The position numbers and the translations under genes were made by a program. 64,000 nucleotides of DNA, from contig NW_026262581.1 in NCBI RefSeq assembly GCF_021869535.1, forward strand, positions 79,422,001 through 79,486,000. Reading direction: 5' to 3'. The stretch is from Mytilus californianus. Taxonomy: Eukaryota. The notes beneath the pieces were generated by a model. It ran no database searches and was not told the origin of the DNA. It was given only the letters and a program-made list of their open reading frames with translations. Below, piece after piece: positions 1 to 13,045 of this stretch. Positions within the stretch are counted from its first letter, which is position 1, and each line of letters begins with the position of its first letter.

Positions 1-3000
1 ACAACTGATGAGGTTGATAACTTGGAAATGTATATTGACATAACTATGGAACAACATTAGAATGTGTACCATAAACCCTGCATAATATAATAGTTCTAAC
101 TTGCAAACTTTAGGTCAAGACAGGTGGGAAAAAAAGGTAAAAAATAATTTTAGTACCATTATTAAATTTTTCGAATTGGAAATTTACCAACTTATGTTTC
201 ATCGAAATCATTCCAGTACTGAAGAGTTAGCTACAAGGGCATGTTTGAATGGTTTTGTAAGAATTTGACAAAAGAAAACACACTTATGTTAATAGAAAGA
301 AAATTAAATGATAGAATTTTTAAATGAAATGTGCAATAAAAAATTAAAAAAATTAAATTGTGGTCACCATACTTGTTTTCTTGCTACTTGACAAAATATA
401 TTAATTTACTGTAAATTCCTTTATAAAATTAAATTATCTGAGTTATCTCCCCTGAAATAACTTAGTTTTCCATTTTTTATCCCTGTTTTTGTATATAAAA
501 ATAGTTCGCATAAATTAACAATAGGACAAAATCAAAAAATTTTATTCATTCAAATGAAAAGTCTAACAAATAAATTCCATTTCTGCATCAAATTTGCTAA
601 TTTCAGTAAAATCTAGACTGACAATTTGCAGCCATTTGCAAAAAAAGATTAATTTAGTACGTGATTAGTTCTATTGTGCCTTCAACGTTTTAGACATTTG
701 GTTCAATGCATTTCAATATCCTTTTAAAAACATTGATGTAAGAAGATTAAAAAGATTTTTTGAAATAAGAAGACTGTAAAGCAATTGATCTGAATATGCA
801 AAGGACTGTAAAGCTCATATATATATATATATATATATATACAGATTATGCAATTTGAAAAAAAACATGATGGAAAAGGATGGCAGAAACATGAAAACAA
901 ACAAAAATCTTATGTTTTCTCTGCTTGACTTCAGGAGCCTGTAGTACAGTGGTTGTCCTTAAATTGTGTCTCTCATATTTGTTTTTCTTAAATTGTTTTG
1001 TTATCAATAAGGCAGTTTATTTTCTTGTTTGAATTGTTTAACATTGTTCATGCTGGTGTCTTTTAAAGCCGACTATACATATGGGTTTTTCTCATTGTTG
1101 ATGGCCGTAAGGTGGCCTATAATTGCTACTACCACTTCATTTAAACTCTGGCAATCTTACCACATCTCCTCATTTTTATAATAAGGAGCATAAAGCATCA
1201 ATAAAAACTAAATCTTTTTCTCCCATGAAAGCTCCAGATACTCTACAATTAACTGTAAACTACTTTGATTGAAAAGCATATAATTTAATCTATATAATGG
1301 TACCTCTGGTTGTTATCTATAGACAATTATTGATTCAGAAAAATTGGAAGTGATCATTAATTATTCTGTGCTATTAATTTGATGGTACAGGTTTAGGATA
1401 TATCTACTTCATCATTATACAGAAATAATCAAACAGACATTGTATTTATCCTATGTTGTTGTATGTAATCCTACTGTTATAATCATTACAAGGTAGATAT
1501 AATTAATTATTTACATAGGTAACTCATGTTATAATGCAGAAATGGTAGAAGCTATGGAGAGCTAATTCCCTTGTCTTTTTCAGTTATATCAGAAATGCTT
1601 TGATTGCTAACTTACAAACTAAGTGGAAATATGATACATGAAATATAGGTTGTGATGACCAAATTATTTGGCAGACATTAATAAGCCTCTAGCTTCAATA
1701 CTATCCAGATTATTGATTTATAAGGAATAATTACTGATATCCTTGAGACATTTTTTATCTGTCCTTCGTGGATGGATAAAATGTAGGTCAAGGTGATCTA
1801 TTTTAAAATGAAGTGTGTTCATTAACACCAAGCCATTCAATATGATTGTAATTATTTATATCTAGACCTCAACTCCTGACTACAGAAAACACAGAGCTTA
1901 ACAAGCATTAACAAATAGAAGAGGAAATAAAGAAACTAAATATCCACTGCCAATCTACTTTAGACATACAGATTAACCACAAAAGATATTGCTAATACCA
2001 GGTTTTTTTTGTATAGAACAATGCAAACTGAAAATATATCAAGATCCAGCTGAGACAATTTCTTTATTGTACCAAATATCCAGAAAAAAATTAAAATAAA
2101 ATAAATGACCTCTGCAATACAAACTGTGGATCTTTTCACAAAAGTGTTTTGACTAAAAATGATGGTATATTAGACTGAAATGTTCATGACTTACAAGTAG
2201 TTTTTTCTTCATATTTTTTGTGAAATGAGTCACTGGTCTTTTATTAGTAGAATTATATGAATAAAAGGAGATGTTGACTACTAAGACCTCAATGAGCCAG
2301 CTCCCCAACATTAACATATAGGTGTGCCTGTAACAAATGTCAAGCTCTCTTAATCACTTAGTTTTTAAAAAAGGTATGATTAAATTTAAAAGGCACTGCA
2401 AACAAATAACCAAAAAAATACCAAGATATAACAAAAGTCAACCACTGACAAGGTTTCTGACATGGGACAGACACATGAACATTTGGTGGGGTTATACTTG
2501 GTTTTTTTTTAGATCTCCACCCCCCCCTTTTTAATCTCAATCAGAGAAATAAAATAGAGACACATGTACCTGTACAATAGAAATCAGTACAGGAAATACA
2601 TTTAACCTTACAATACCATTATACCTATTAACATGTTAAAGGCTGATCAATAATGATGCACTGTGTATATGTTATTTAATTCAAATGGGCCTACTTGTCC
2701 TTAATAATAAAACAAGTACAAAAATACATAAAAGTCATCTACTTAAATGTGTAAAGTCAGTGCATTTAATGAGTCCATTTAACTTTATCTGTAAAGTGCT
2801 GTCTTGTACAATATTCAAGAAGGAAAGAAAACAATTATTTTCTTTTAATGACATTTTCAAAATGGCATCATTAGTCTGTTTACAACTGATAAAATAGGCA
2901 AATTGCACTTAAAGACATTACTCCCACAAGATTTGACTATGACTGACCTACTGTTGACGTCTTTTGTGGTCAACTTTCAACTGTGCTATTGAATAATTCT

Positions 3001-3240
3001 ACCTATGATGTGAAATCATTCTGATTCAGAGAATCTTTAAATCAGTGCAAAAGGTAAAAGAAAAAGTGGCTACTACCTGAATAGAATCTGAATTATAACT
3101 ATGTTTGCACATACCTTGGAAAATGCAAAAAAGAATTCTTCATTGACCTTTAACGTCAACTCAAATCAATTAAACTAAAAATATAGGTTACTTACACCCA
3201 TACAGGCATATTGCATATATTGGGTTGAATATTAACTTAC

Positions 3241-3460
3241 AACCATATCGGCTGAACCCTCCGACTGTACATTGGACAACTGTTGTTTGTGGGGACTAGA
3301 TGGTGGATCCCCTTGCTGGTTTGGATATTGCCCTCTGGCTACCACTAACTGCACAAGTCCCTGTGCGCTCTGAAGAATACGGATAGCCTCGTGGTGTGAC
3401 AAGTCTAGTGGCTGTCCATCTATAGCTAGGATCTGATCTTGTTCTCTAAGTCGTCCATCT
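3241..3460 (-). CDS. MPDZ: MPDZ/PATJ-like multi-PDZ protein, coding exon 4 (second half of PDZ1); gene continues beyond the left edge
   Basis: Encodes (R)[43 protein letters not shown]...SADMV, a typical PDZ C-terminal half. AG acceptor at 3461-3462 and GTAAGT donor at 3240. Phase 2 matches the exon ending at 23555. Confidence 0.93.
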
Positions 3461-3507
3461 CTATAAAAAAAACGATCAAAATATATAAAAAATTTTAAAT
3501 AAGAGAA

Positions 3508-3665
3508 GAATGTGTCTGAGGATACGAATGCCCCGCTCAAGCTTTGCAACAAAAAGGGAAAGATGGAAAGATGGAATGATGGATAGACCGAAAGACAGAA
3601 AGACGGAAGGAAGGACAGTCAAGGGTAACACTTAATGCCCCTGTCGTCTACAGCGGGGGCATAAA
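3508..3665 (-). mobile_element. Very short Helentron/DINE-like (HINE) element
   Basis: Sub-terminal inverted repeats ATGCCCC(C)GC at both ends, head palindrome gcccctgtcgtctacagcgggggc, a GGAA/GACA microsatellite and a terminal hairpin. Confidence 0.65.
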
Positions 3666-5805
3666 GAAATGTATTGCTATAAAACATAAAACTAACCATA
3701 CAGCATTATCAAACTGGCATTATATTCTAAAATGATATTTTAAAATTTTGCTTGAAACAATTTCTATGGCATAAAAAGACCATTTCACAATAAATATGTA
3801 CACAACACACCTACCTGAGAGAGGGAGTAACTCTTGAAAATTCAAGGAGAAGGCAAATACTTTTCAGATTAATAATAGGAATTAACAAACTACTCATGTA
3901 ATGTGAGAAATTAAGTGATCCATTGTTGGTGTTTAACACAACTATCAGCACACTTGGCTTTATCAGTCAGACAGTTAGTATTGGTGGAGTAAGTTAGAGT
4001 ACTTTGAGAGAACTACAACCTTTCACAGGCATTCCTAGTCAAAAGAAATCTGAATCGAATGTGAAAGAAGATTGAAACAAAAAAGTGCTTCTGCTGAGGA
4101 ATCCAATGATTGAAATTGAAACAGTGTTTTTATGGACTTGTTAAACCTATAGGATAATAAAATCATATACATTTTCTGTTAAAAATGATGGAAAGATATC
4201 CATGGAGTCTAAACTTTAACATTAAATTCTTTGCCACTTCCATGACTATTCCAAGCTCAGCCTATATGTTGACATTTTGTTTTTATGTCAAGAAATCAAA
4301 TCGTTTTTGTTAACTAGCATTATAGTGAATATATACTTTGCCATTGTTTGAGTAAACCTATTATGAGATGAAGTAGCCCTAACAGAGTAGACTCATTTAT
4401 AGTTAACAGCGCTTCCTTGTTGGTTTAATTGAAACATGCATCAATTTTCATTTAGACATTTTCAAACAGACAGCAAAGACCTCACTAAGCTGTGTAAAAA
4501 ACAACCTGTCACATATAATATTCAAATCGTCTTAAAACTGGATGACATATTCCAGCAGACCATTAAGTTACATCTTAATAAATAGATTAGTGTCAGTTGA
4601 AGGTGTACTCAATTAAAATCATTATCATTTTCTACATGTTATAATTTTTTATTTCATTTTTCTGGCAATTTATTCAATTGAAATAATCAATTCAATGACA
4701 AGTAATAAGGTGGCTCCCAAATGGTCAAATCCAACCTGTGACCTTTTGGGGTTTGAAGAGCAACTTTGCAATCTGACATCTCATTTAAAAGGACCTGAAT
4801 CCAAACTTTAACAATTTTCAAAACACAGGATCAGATCAGTGAAGAACTGCATAGGTTTAAGTTGGCTTAAAAGTGACATGGTGACCTGAGGCAATTTTAA
4901 AATGGACCCTGTGACCTAAGGTTGGTCCTCTACTGGGGCCCCAATAAGAATACAAATACATCAATACAGCTTTAAATTGTTCTGTTTGGTAATACATTTA
5001 AGTACTATTTACACAGACAGAAAAGATGCTAATAGATGCATACCAAATTACAAGCTATTAAATATGTCTTTTCTGAAAGTAATCCGATCTGATAATTAAG
5101 CCAATGTGTTTGCATCAAGGGCCTGTTATTTGAATAAGCTATGCCATTATGGTCTTAATTAAAACATTTTATGTGGAGAAAATTTCATTAAAATCTCAAA
5201 TGAACAACAATTTATTTAAAAGAATAGCTTTTTCACAGTTTGATTAAAACACAGTGTCTTGTTCAAATACCATGTACAAGTGCCAATATGTGATTTTTAG
5301 TCGCAGTTGATCAGTCAATTAACAGGATGAAGTATTAAATCGTGGATTTCCCATAAATACCATTAAATAATTTGATTTGAATCTTATGTAAGTCAGTGAA
5401 AAAACATCAGAAATTTGATTACAATACAAAACACATCAATAAATTATGAACCTGGAACAAAATGTGAAAGAAGAATATTGATTTCCTCAAAACATACAAC
5501 GTCAATTATTGACAAGGTATATACATAGATTATACAGAATGAAGCAATTGAAATGTAATGTTCGTTAGGATTTTAAAAAATGCATTGAAACATATGCTCT
5601 AGAGAACGTTAAACAAAAGACACCACAACGGTTTTTTTTTTTCAGTGATGAAATATTCAATGGTGAGTCAGCAACAACTAAGCAGAAAATTTTCGACAAA
5701 TGGCTCTCCTTAGAAGTATCTTTTCATTGATACTTAATAATTCAGTAAAATAGAATTGCTTTCTGAGTTCTAAATAATGAAAAATTGAAAAACCTGAAAT
5801 CAGAA

Positions 5806-6255
5806 GGTCCGAGTACACAGTTATTTCGTAGTGCATTTCTTTTAGACAATAAATGAAAATTAAAAAAATCCCACCTGCGCTTTCTCAATAATATTTTTAC
5901 AGTGTGTTGTACTAATTTTGGGACAAATTATATCAAAATTATAGAAAACTTCATCGGCTCTAACTCAAAATATGCACAATTTTATGTTAAAGGGGTCTTC
6001 AAATCTTTTGACAGCTTCCGAAGTGCTAATTTTTAACATTTTTCAGCTGGACCAAATCACTACTTTACTTTAAAATTCATGACCCAGATTTTTTTACAGT
6101 GTCATTTCACCCCCCTACTTGCTATTTGAGTCATAAAACATGGAGAAATAAATTTGGAAGGGGTATAAAAAAAATGGCAAGTAACACACTGTCCACACTA
6201 GGGACTACATTTGTGGACAACGAAAATCAAAGGACGATAACTGTGTACTCGGACC
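5806..6255. mobile_element. MITE with 18-bp TIRs and 4-bp TSD
   Basis: TIR GGTCCGAGTACACAGTTA / TAACTGTGTACTCGGACC, with AGAA on both flanks. Confidence 0.8.
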
Positions 6256-6313
6256 AGAATTATTTCTTTTTTACCAACTATAATTGACCTACCATATGTG
6301 CGTTCCCTAAAAC

Positions 6314-6341
6314 CATAGATGTATAAAACTATACATCTATG
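6314..6341. mobile_element. 28-bp foldback mini-element with 7-bp TSD
   Basis: CATAGATGTATA-AAAC-TATACATCTATG flanked by CTAAAAC at 6307-6313 and 6342-6348; it interrupts a repeat unit of an older HINE. Confidence 0.7.
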
Positions 6342-6760
6342 CTAAAACTGATCTAATCACAAACCCTTAAACTTGTAACCTATACAAAGTTTCTATTCAA
6401 TGGACAGTGACTGAGGGTTCAGGGCCACATAATCTCCATGGAAATTTTAAGGATATGCCAATGCTAATGCAACATCATACAAAATATCACTGCCTTAGCA
6501 TTAGTGCTTCCCCTTAACAAACTTGAACAACCTATCAATGACAATGTTGTTGATGCAGGCAACTTTTCCTATGCCGGAAACAACATGCCTAAGTTTAGTT
6601 ATGAGAGACAAAAATTGTGGAAAACTGATACTTTCAAGCTGTTTAATATATCCATGGACTGAATTTTTTTTTCAAAATTCCTCATTTGACACAGAACTCA
6701 AACTCCTTCGGTAGCTATCAACCAACTATTCAATATATTGATTCAGGCATTACAAATAAT

Positions 6761-7753
6761 AAACTGTTATCACAGAGATATGTCTCGCCTTTTTGTAATT
6801 TTGATAATGCAAATGTTGAAATTAAAATTGCAATACTTTAACATGTAAGTTATACAAATATTCAAAGTCGATGAACCATGACTGAAGGTACATGGCTAAA
6901 CAATCTCCATGGAATGAGATGTGCCAATGCTAATACAACTGCATACCAAATACCATTGACTTATTATAAGTCGTTCCCTTTAAACAAACCTAAACACAAA
7001 CATTAACTTGTAAACTATGTAAAAGTTTCAAAGTCAATGAACCATGATCAGGGGTGGGGCTATATAATCTCCATGGAATTTATACTTGCAAATGCCAATA
7101 AATTTGCATACCAAATATCATTGACTTAACATTAGCAGTTCATCTTAAACTGATCTAATCACAAACTAATACATGTAAAGTAAGCAAAAGTTTCAAAGTA
7201 AATAGACCATGACTGAGGGGGCAGGGCCAAATATTCTCCATGGAAATGAGATGTGCTAATGCTTATACAACTGAACACCAATTAACATTGACCTACCACT
7301 AATGGTTCCCCTTGAACTGACCTAATCACAAACTAATACATGTTAACTTAGCAAATTTTTCAAAGTCTATAGACCATGACTAATTGGGCGGAGCCAAATA
7401 ATCTCCATGGAAATGAGATATGCCAATGCTTATACAACTGCATACCAAATATCATTGACCTAACACTAGTGGTTCCCCATAAATTGACCTAATCACAAAC
7501 TAATACATGTAAACTATGAAAAGTTTCAAAGTCAATAGACCTTGACTGAGGGGGCAGGACCAAATAATCTCCATGGTAATGAGATGTGCCAATGCTAATT
7601 CAACTGCATACCAAATATCATTGACCTACCACTAGTGGTTCACCATGAACTAGACCTAATCACAAACTAATACATTGTTGACGCCGCCGACGCCAACGCC
7701 GGAAACAGCATACCTATTTCTCGCTTTTTTACTCCGTCAAGGCGAGACAAAAA
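6761..7753 (-). mobile_element. HINE-like element with about 180-bp internal tandem repeats
   Basis: Sub-TIR TGTCTCGCC near both ends, head hairpin tctcgc...ggcgaga, GAC/GCC microsatellite and about 5 internal units. An older copy ends at about 6613. Confidence 0.8.
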
Positions 7754-8344
7754 ATGATGAAAAAATTATATTTTCAAGTAATTTTCTGTGATCTAGGTCC
7801 ACAACTTCCGCAAAAATAAATCAAATGGAAGGAAACTCAACTCAATCTGTAACTTCTTAAAATATGACTATAAACATAACTTCTAATCAATTGTATTGTT
7901 AGAACCATTGCTCTCTATTAGCTTCCCAAGTAGGGCACTAATATGCAATAGTCAATACCTTTTTAATGAGCACTAAATAACAAAAAACTTAAATAAATAA
8001 AAGGCAAAGGATAAATGTTTATATCATTCTGACACTCATATAACAAATTGGTCATTTTTTTATAAAAAAAATATAAAATCTCATACATTTGCCAGCTTTG
8101 ATTTTCTGAATTATACCAAAGTTATCATATTTCATGGTAAAATGTCAGCACATGTATTACTTCCATTGACAATACTGCGGGTTTAATTATCTTATTGTGA
8201 ACCATTTTTATGGATTCCATAAGTAATGTGTATTTCCAATGCAGCTGTCCATTTGAGATAAAGTATTGGAAAAAATATCCAATTTAAGAAACACCCTATG
8301 TCAAAAATTTCAAGCCTCTAAACCCTCATATGATATCAGTAAAT

Positions 8345-8592
8345 ACAAATGGAAAAACACCCAGGACAAAGAAAGAGGCAAAAGATACCAAATGGACGTT
8401 CAAACCAATAAGTAAAAAATAAACTGACAATGCCATGGCAAAAAAGAAAAAGACCAACAGACAAATAACAGTATACAAACACAAACATAGGAAACTAAAA
8501 ACTGAGCAACACTAACCCCATCATAAAACAGGGGGTGATCCAAGGTACTCTGGAAGGGCAAGCAGATCCTGCTCCATATGTGGAACCCGTGT
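8345..8592 (-). mobile_element. SINE-like dispersed repeat (GGAGCAGGATCTGCT family)
   Basis: A related opposite-strand fragment lies at about 60460-60610; the family is recognised by recall, not by search. Confidence 0.5.
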
Positions 8593-10414
8593 CAACATTA
8601 TCTACCGAGTTTCTTCACTTTTTCTTTCCAGGTATGTTGCTGTGTAATGTCACATCATTATTGATGTCTTAGTCATTAATGATTTGTTTTTTTATGGAAT
8701 GCTTAAATTTTTTCTTTAATAAACTGTTATATAAATATAATCATATAATCATGCATTAAAATTTTGCAAACCATTTTTACAATATACATTAGATGGCAAT
8801 TAGTATACAATTACACTGTAATGCCAGAGTTAACTTCTTACCACTATTTTATAGGGTGATAACAAACTTATAATTAAATAACAATAATTATCACCAATAA
8901 ATTTTCTCAAGGCAGTTCAACATTTTCAAAAATACTACTGAAGTAAAAGCAATTTCCTCGGTGTGTAATTAAGCAGGATCTCTAATCAAATTGTTCCTTC
9001 TTCTCAACGCTAGAATCTTAATTAAGTAGTAGAAGCAATTTATAAACGCTTACAGGCTGCAAGTTTGAAGGTCTGCTGAACATAATTTGATTTTTAAAGC
9101 CAAAATTGATGATGAAAGCCGAGTCAATATGTACAGATGTAAGCACAGGAATTTTCTTATTAATCAACATATGTACTTAGTATATTAACAGTAGTTATGT
9201 TGTGATGTAATTCTTTGGCTCAATAAAATAAAAAGTCATCAATAGACAACATGTACAGGTAAAATAGAAATATCGGTATACGGGGGAGGACTTGATGGCT
9301 TAAAGTTCTGCTGTATAAATCATTAATGTCATTTTCTATATATAAAGGAATAAGTACATTTTGGGACTTTTTTAGCCCTCTAAAAATCTCCAAATAAAGT
9401 TTTTTTTACAGTATTGCATGAACAGAGCAATGAATAAATTAAAGGCAAATAATCAAGGAATTAAAATACACTTCAAATCTTCTTCCAGAGTTGCATTGGT
9501 GAATGAAAAAAATAATTTTGAAACACCTTTTTTGCCACAGGAACCTTCCCTTTTTTATTTCGGGATCCACACATTTGAGGTACAACCTTAAGAGGAAGTC
9601 TAGGGTTTTGTCTGGACTTCATTGATCTACCAAAGACAATTTTTTAAAAGGTGCTGACTCATATTCAATTGGATGTAGACAGAAATGACTAAGCTATGTC
9701 TTAGCACCAGGAATTACTTAAAAAAAACTTGATGATGCCATTAAAGTAGACCATGGTACATTGGTGTAAGCAATCTAGCTTTGTAAGTTATAGTATTGGA
9801 TTTAGAATGTGAAGATAAAACATGTACTGTAGCTATATTAGTTTGTCTAGCTTATTCAATACAACTAGTTGTGCTACCATAAGCAAAACAGTATCAACAT
9901 AGCCATATTCTTCTGAAATGTTCCTTTCCTTGATTTTTACAATAGCCTAATGCAAAATATGATAATAGTATTAGGAGATTTTGGATATGGCATGTAATTA
10001 GAAACAGTATTCTACCTATTTTGAAAAGACAATTTCATCATGATTTTGAAGAAAACAGACATAAATTGTTAAGAGATGGCTAAGCAGATTTTTAGTAGAT
10101 GGCTTGACAGCCAGACTAATAAACAACAAATTTACATAACTAAATCACATGCATCCAAGAAATTATGTTCACTGAATGGACTGTCTGTCAATTTGTTAAA
10201 ACAAATACACGATAAGTGACTTTTTTGGGTGTTAAACTGATCTTATTACAAAAGACAAGTGATCAATACTAATTGCCCTGTTTATTGGTTTTTATGTTCG
10301 TCTTGCTGCATTGCTACAACTTTAAAAGTTTTAATAGCATCTGAGTGAGTTTAGGGTTTCAGGGAAAATGGTTCTAACTAATCGTAATTAGCCAAGCTTC
10401 ATGTAGTTCAGAGA

Positions 10415-11032
10415 ACAGTAAATTGGTATCGTCAATTCAGAAATTATTGCGAGGTTTTTATTAAGGATGTTCGCTCCTCTTGTTTTTGAATTTTTGCCAG
10501 ATATTCGGAATACTCTGGTTTTATCCATGTAGTGCCATAAAAATTTTTGCCCACTAACCCCTACTTTTCTTTCCATAATTTGATTACCGGTACATATAGT
10601 TTTAAATGTCATCTTTGAAAATCTTATAAAATCCTTGTTATTTTTTCATCGTTTTTGAAAGAAAAAAGGTGCCAATGTTAAAAGTATGAAAAATCTAGAG
10701 AGAATTATTTCCCGCCAAATTTTCAATGGCTTATATCTCAAAAACAAGCACACGGACCCTTCATTTTTTTTCTGCTTTTTTAGCTTCTTTATTCAATACT
10801 ATCAATTTATAACAGTCTTTTAAAAAGCTTGTTATTTTGAAACAGAGTAGCGAACATCCTTAATACAAATAATGCAACTGGGAGAGGATCGCAATAATAA
10901 TAACTCACATTCTGATATCCGATACTTATATCTGTATGCAGATTTTCCTGAATTCCCAATAGTTAATTCCACATTTTGACCTTTCTTCAAAATCGCAATA
11001 ATAAATGCATGCAATAATATCTGAATTTACAG
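10415..11032. mobile_element. TA-flanked MITE (TIR CTGTAAATTCAGAAATTATTGC family) with a nested element
   Basis: Termini match the copies at 19906-20108 and about 44467-44668. Confidence 0.65.
10465..10859. mobile_element. TTAA-flanked MITE (Kolobok-like termini)
   Basis: TTAA-GGATGTTCGCT ... AGCGAACATCC-TTAA. Confidence 0.8.
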
Positions 11033-12011
11033 TAATTAATATTTTATTTCACCTTCATGTAAAATGTTTTTCCTAAAAAAATTAGTGATTTAGAAATAAG
11101 ATATTCAGGTACATGTACAAGCTGCAAGGCCTGATTGTAAAATAGATAAAAGTATGACTAAATATCAAGGTTATAGTTTCATTCTGCACTTCATGTAACA
11201 AACAGTATGTAATTAACCTCTACTGCACGTTGTATTGACTTTTGTTGAAGAAACTATTTACAAGTAAATTTGTAAATATTTGTATTTTACATGTAAAACA
11301 ACAGAGCTATTAACCCATAATTTTCTTTGGCAAACAACTTTGAATTTCACTGCTTTTTGTTTATTTACCAATTGGAATACATTTTTCAAGTGCTATTAAA
11401 TAATATCAACTGATGTTTGCAAACCATTACATTCCAGAATTTCTTCAAGCCTTATATTTACAGATTTAATAAATGTTTTGAACCTTCATGCGTAAACAGA
11501 TTTTTAAGTTTAACTTCATTTGTGAACATAGTTGATTGGTTGAGATACTTTTGTAATAAATGTGTCAAATCAAATTGTATGCACCAAAACATGGTAGCAT
11601 ATAATTTTGTCACCTTTGAAAGTATGCAAATGAGATAAGGTCTGCTTTACCTTGAGACTTTTTAGAAGGAATGATTAACTGATGACTAAGGCCAATAAAA
11701 TCAAGACAAGTGCATGTACCAAGAAACACAATAGAAATGACAGGCAACAAAAAACTATTCCTGAAACTCACTCCAGAATTATAACAGACAGACATAACCT
11801 GGTATTGAAACTCAATACACTGTGTCAATCTTTACCTAAACAATCAACATAGCATTGAAGACTGTAGTATTTATTCATGAAACTAATATCATAGAAGGAA
11901 TAGACTATTGAGTTACCTAGTCCTGAAAATCAAACAGAAGTTGCACTGGACTGCAGTAGTACTAGTCTTGCCCTAAACCTTACATCACAGCAAAAGTTAA
12001 CTGTGACAGCC

Positions 12012-13045
12012 TAGCAGTAACATGAATCTAACAGCTATAACATGAATCTAACAGCAATAACATGAATCTAACAGCAATATCTTGAATCCAACAGCAGTAA
12101 CATGAATCTAACAGCAGTAACATGAATCTTATGGCTAACATGAATCTAACAGCAGTAACATGAATCTAACGGCTAACATGAATTTAACAGCAGTAACAAG
12201 AATCTAACTACAGTAACATGAATCTTACAGCATTAACATGAATCTAACAGCAGTAACATGGATCTTACGTCTGTAACATGAATCTAATTGTATTATCATG
12301 AATCTAACAACAGTAACATGAATCCTACTATAGTAACATGAACTATACAGAAGTATCATGAATCTAACTACAGTAACATGAATCTAACAGCAGTAACATG
12401 AATCCATCAGCAGTAACATGAATCCAACAGCAGTAACATGAATCTTACAGCTGTAACATGCATCTAACTACAGTAACATGAATCTTAAAGGCAGTAACAT
12501 GAATCTAACAGCAGGAACATGAATCTAACAGCAGGAACATGAACCATACAGAAGTAACATGAATCTAACTACAGTAACATGAATCTTAACGGCAGTTACA
12601 TAAATCTAACAGCAGTAACATGAATCTAACAGCAGTAACATGAATCCAACAGCAGTAACATGAATCCAACAGCAGTAACATATATCTTACAGCTGTAACA
12701 TGCATCTAACTACAGTAACATGAATCTTAATGGCAGTAACATGAATCTAACAACAGTAAAATGAATCTAACTATAGTAACATGAACTATACAGAAGTAAC
12801 ATGAATCTAACTACAGAAACATGTATCTTAACGGCAGTAGCATGAATCTAACAGCAATAACATGAATCTAACAGCAATAACATGAATCTAACAGCAGTAA
12901 CATGAATCTTACGGCTAACATGAATCTAACAGCAGTAACATGAATCTTACAGTTGTAACATGCATCTAACTACAGTAACATGAACCTAACAGCAGTAACA
13001 TGAATCTAACAGCAGTAACATGAGTCGAACAGCAGTAACTAGAAT
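12012..13045. repeat. 20-bp minisatellite (about 50 copies, taacatgaatctaacagcag)
   Basis: Directly visible tandem array with 18-21-bp variant units. Confidence 0.97.

Noticed and set aside
1-40. CTGATGAG at the window start resembling a hammerhead core
   Set aside because: Stem II is not followed directly by GAAA, and no stem I/III partner is visible.
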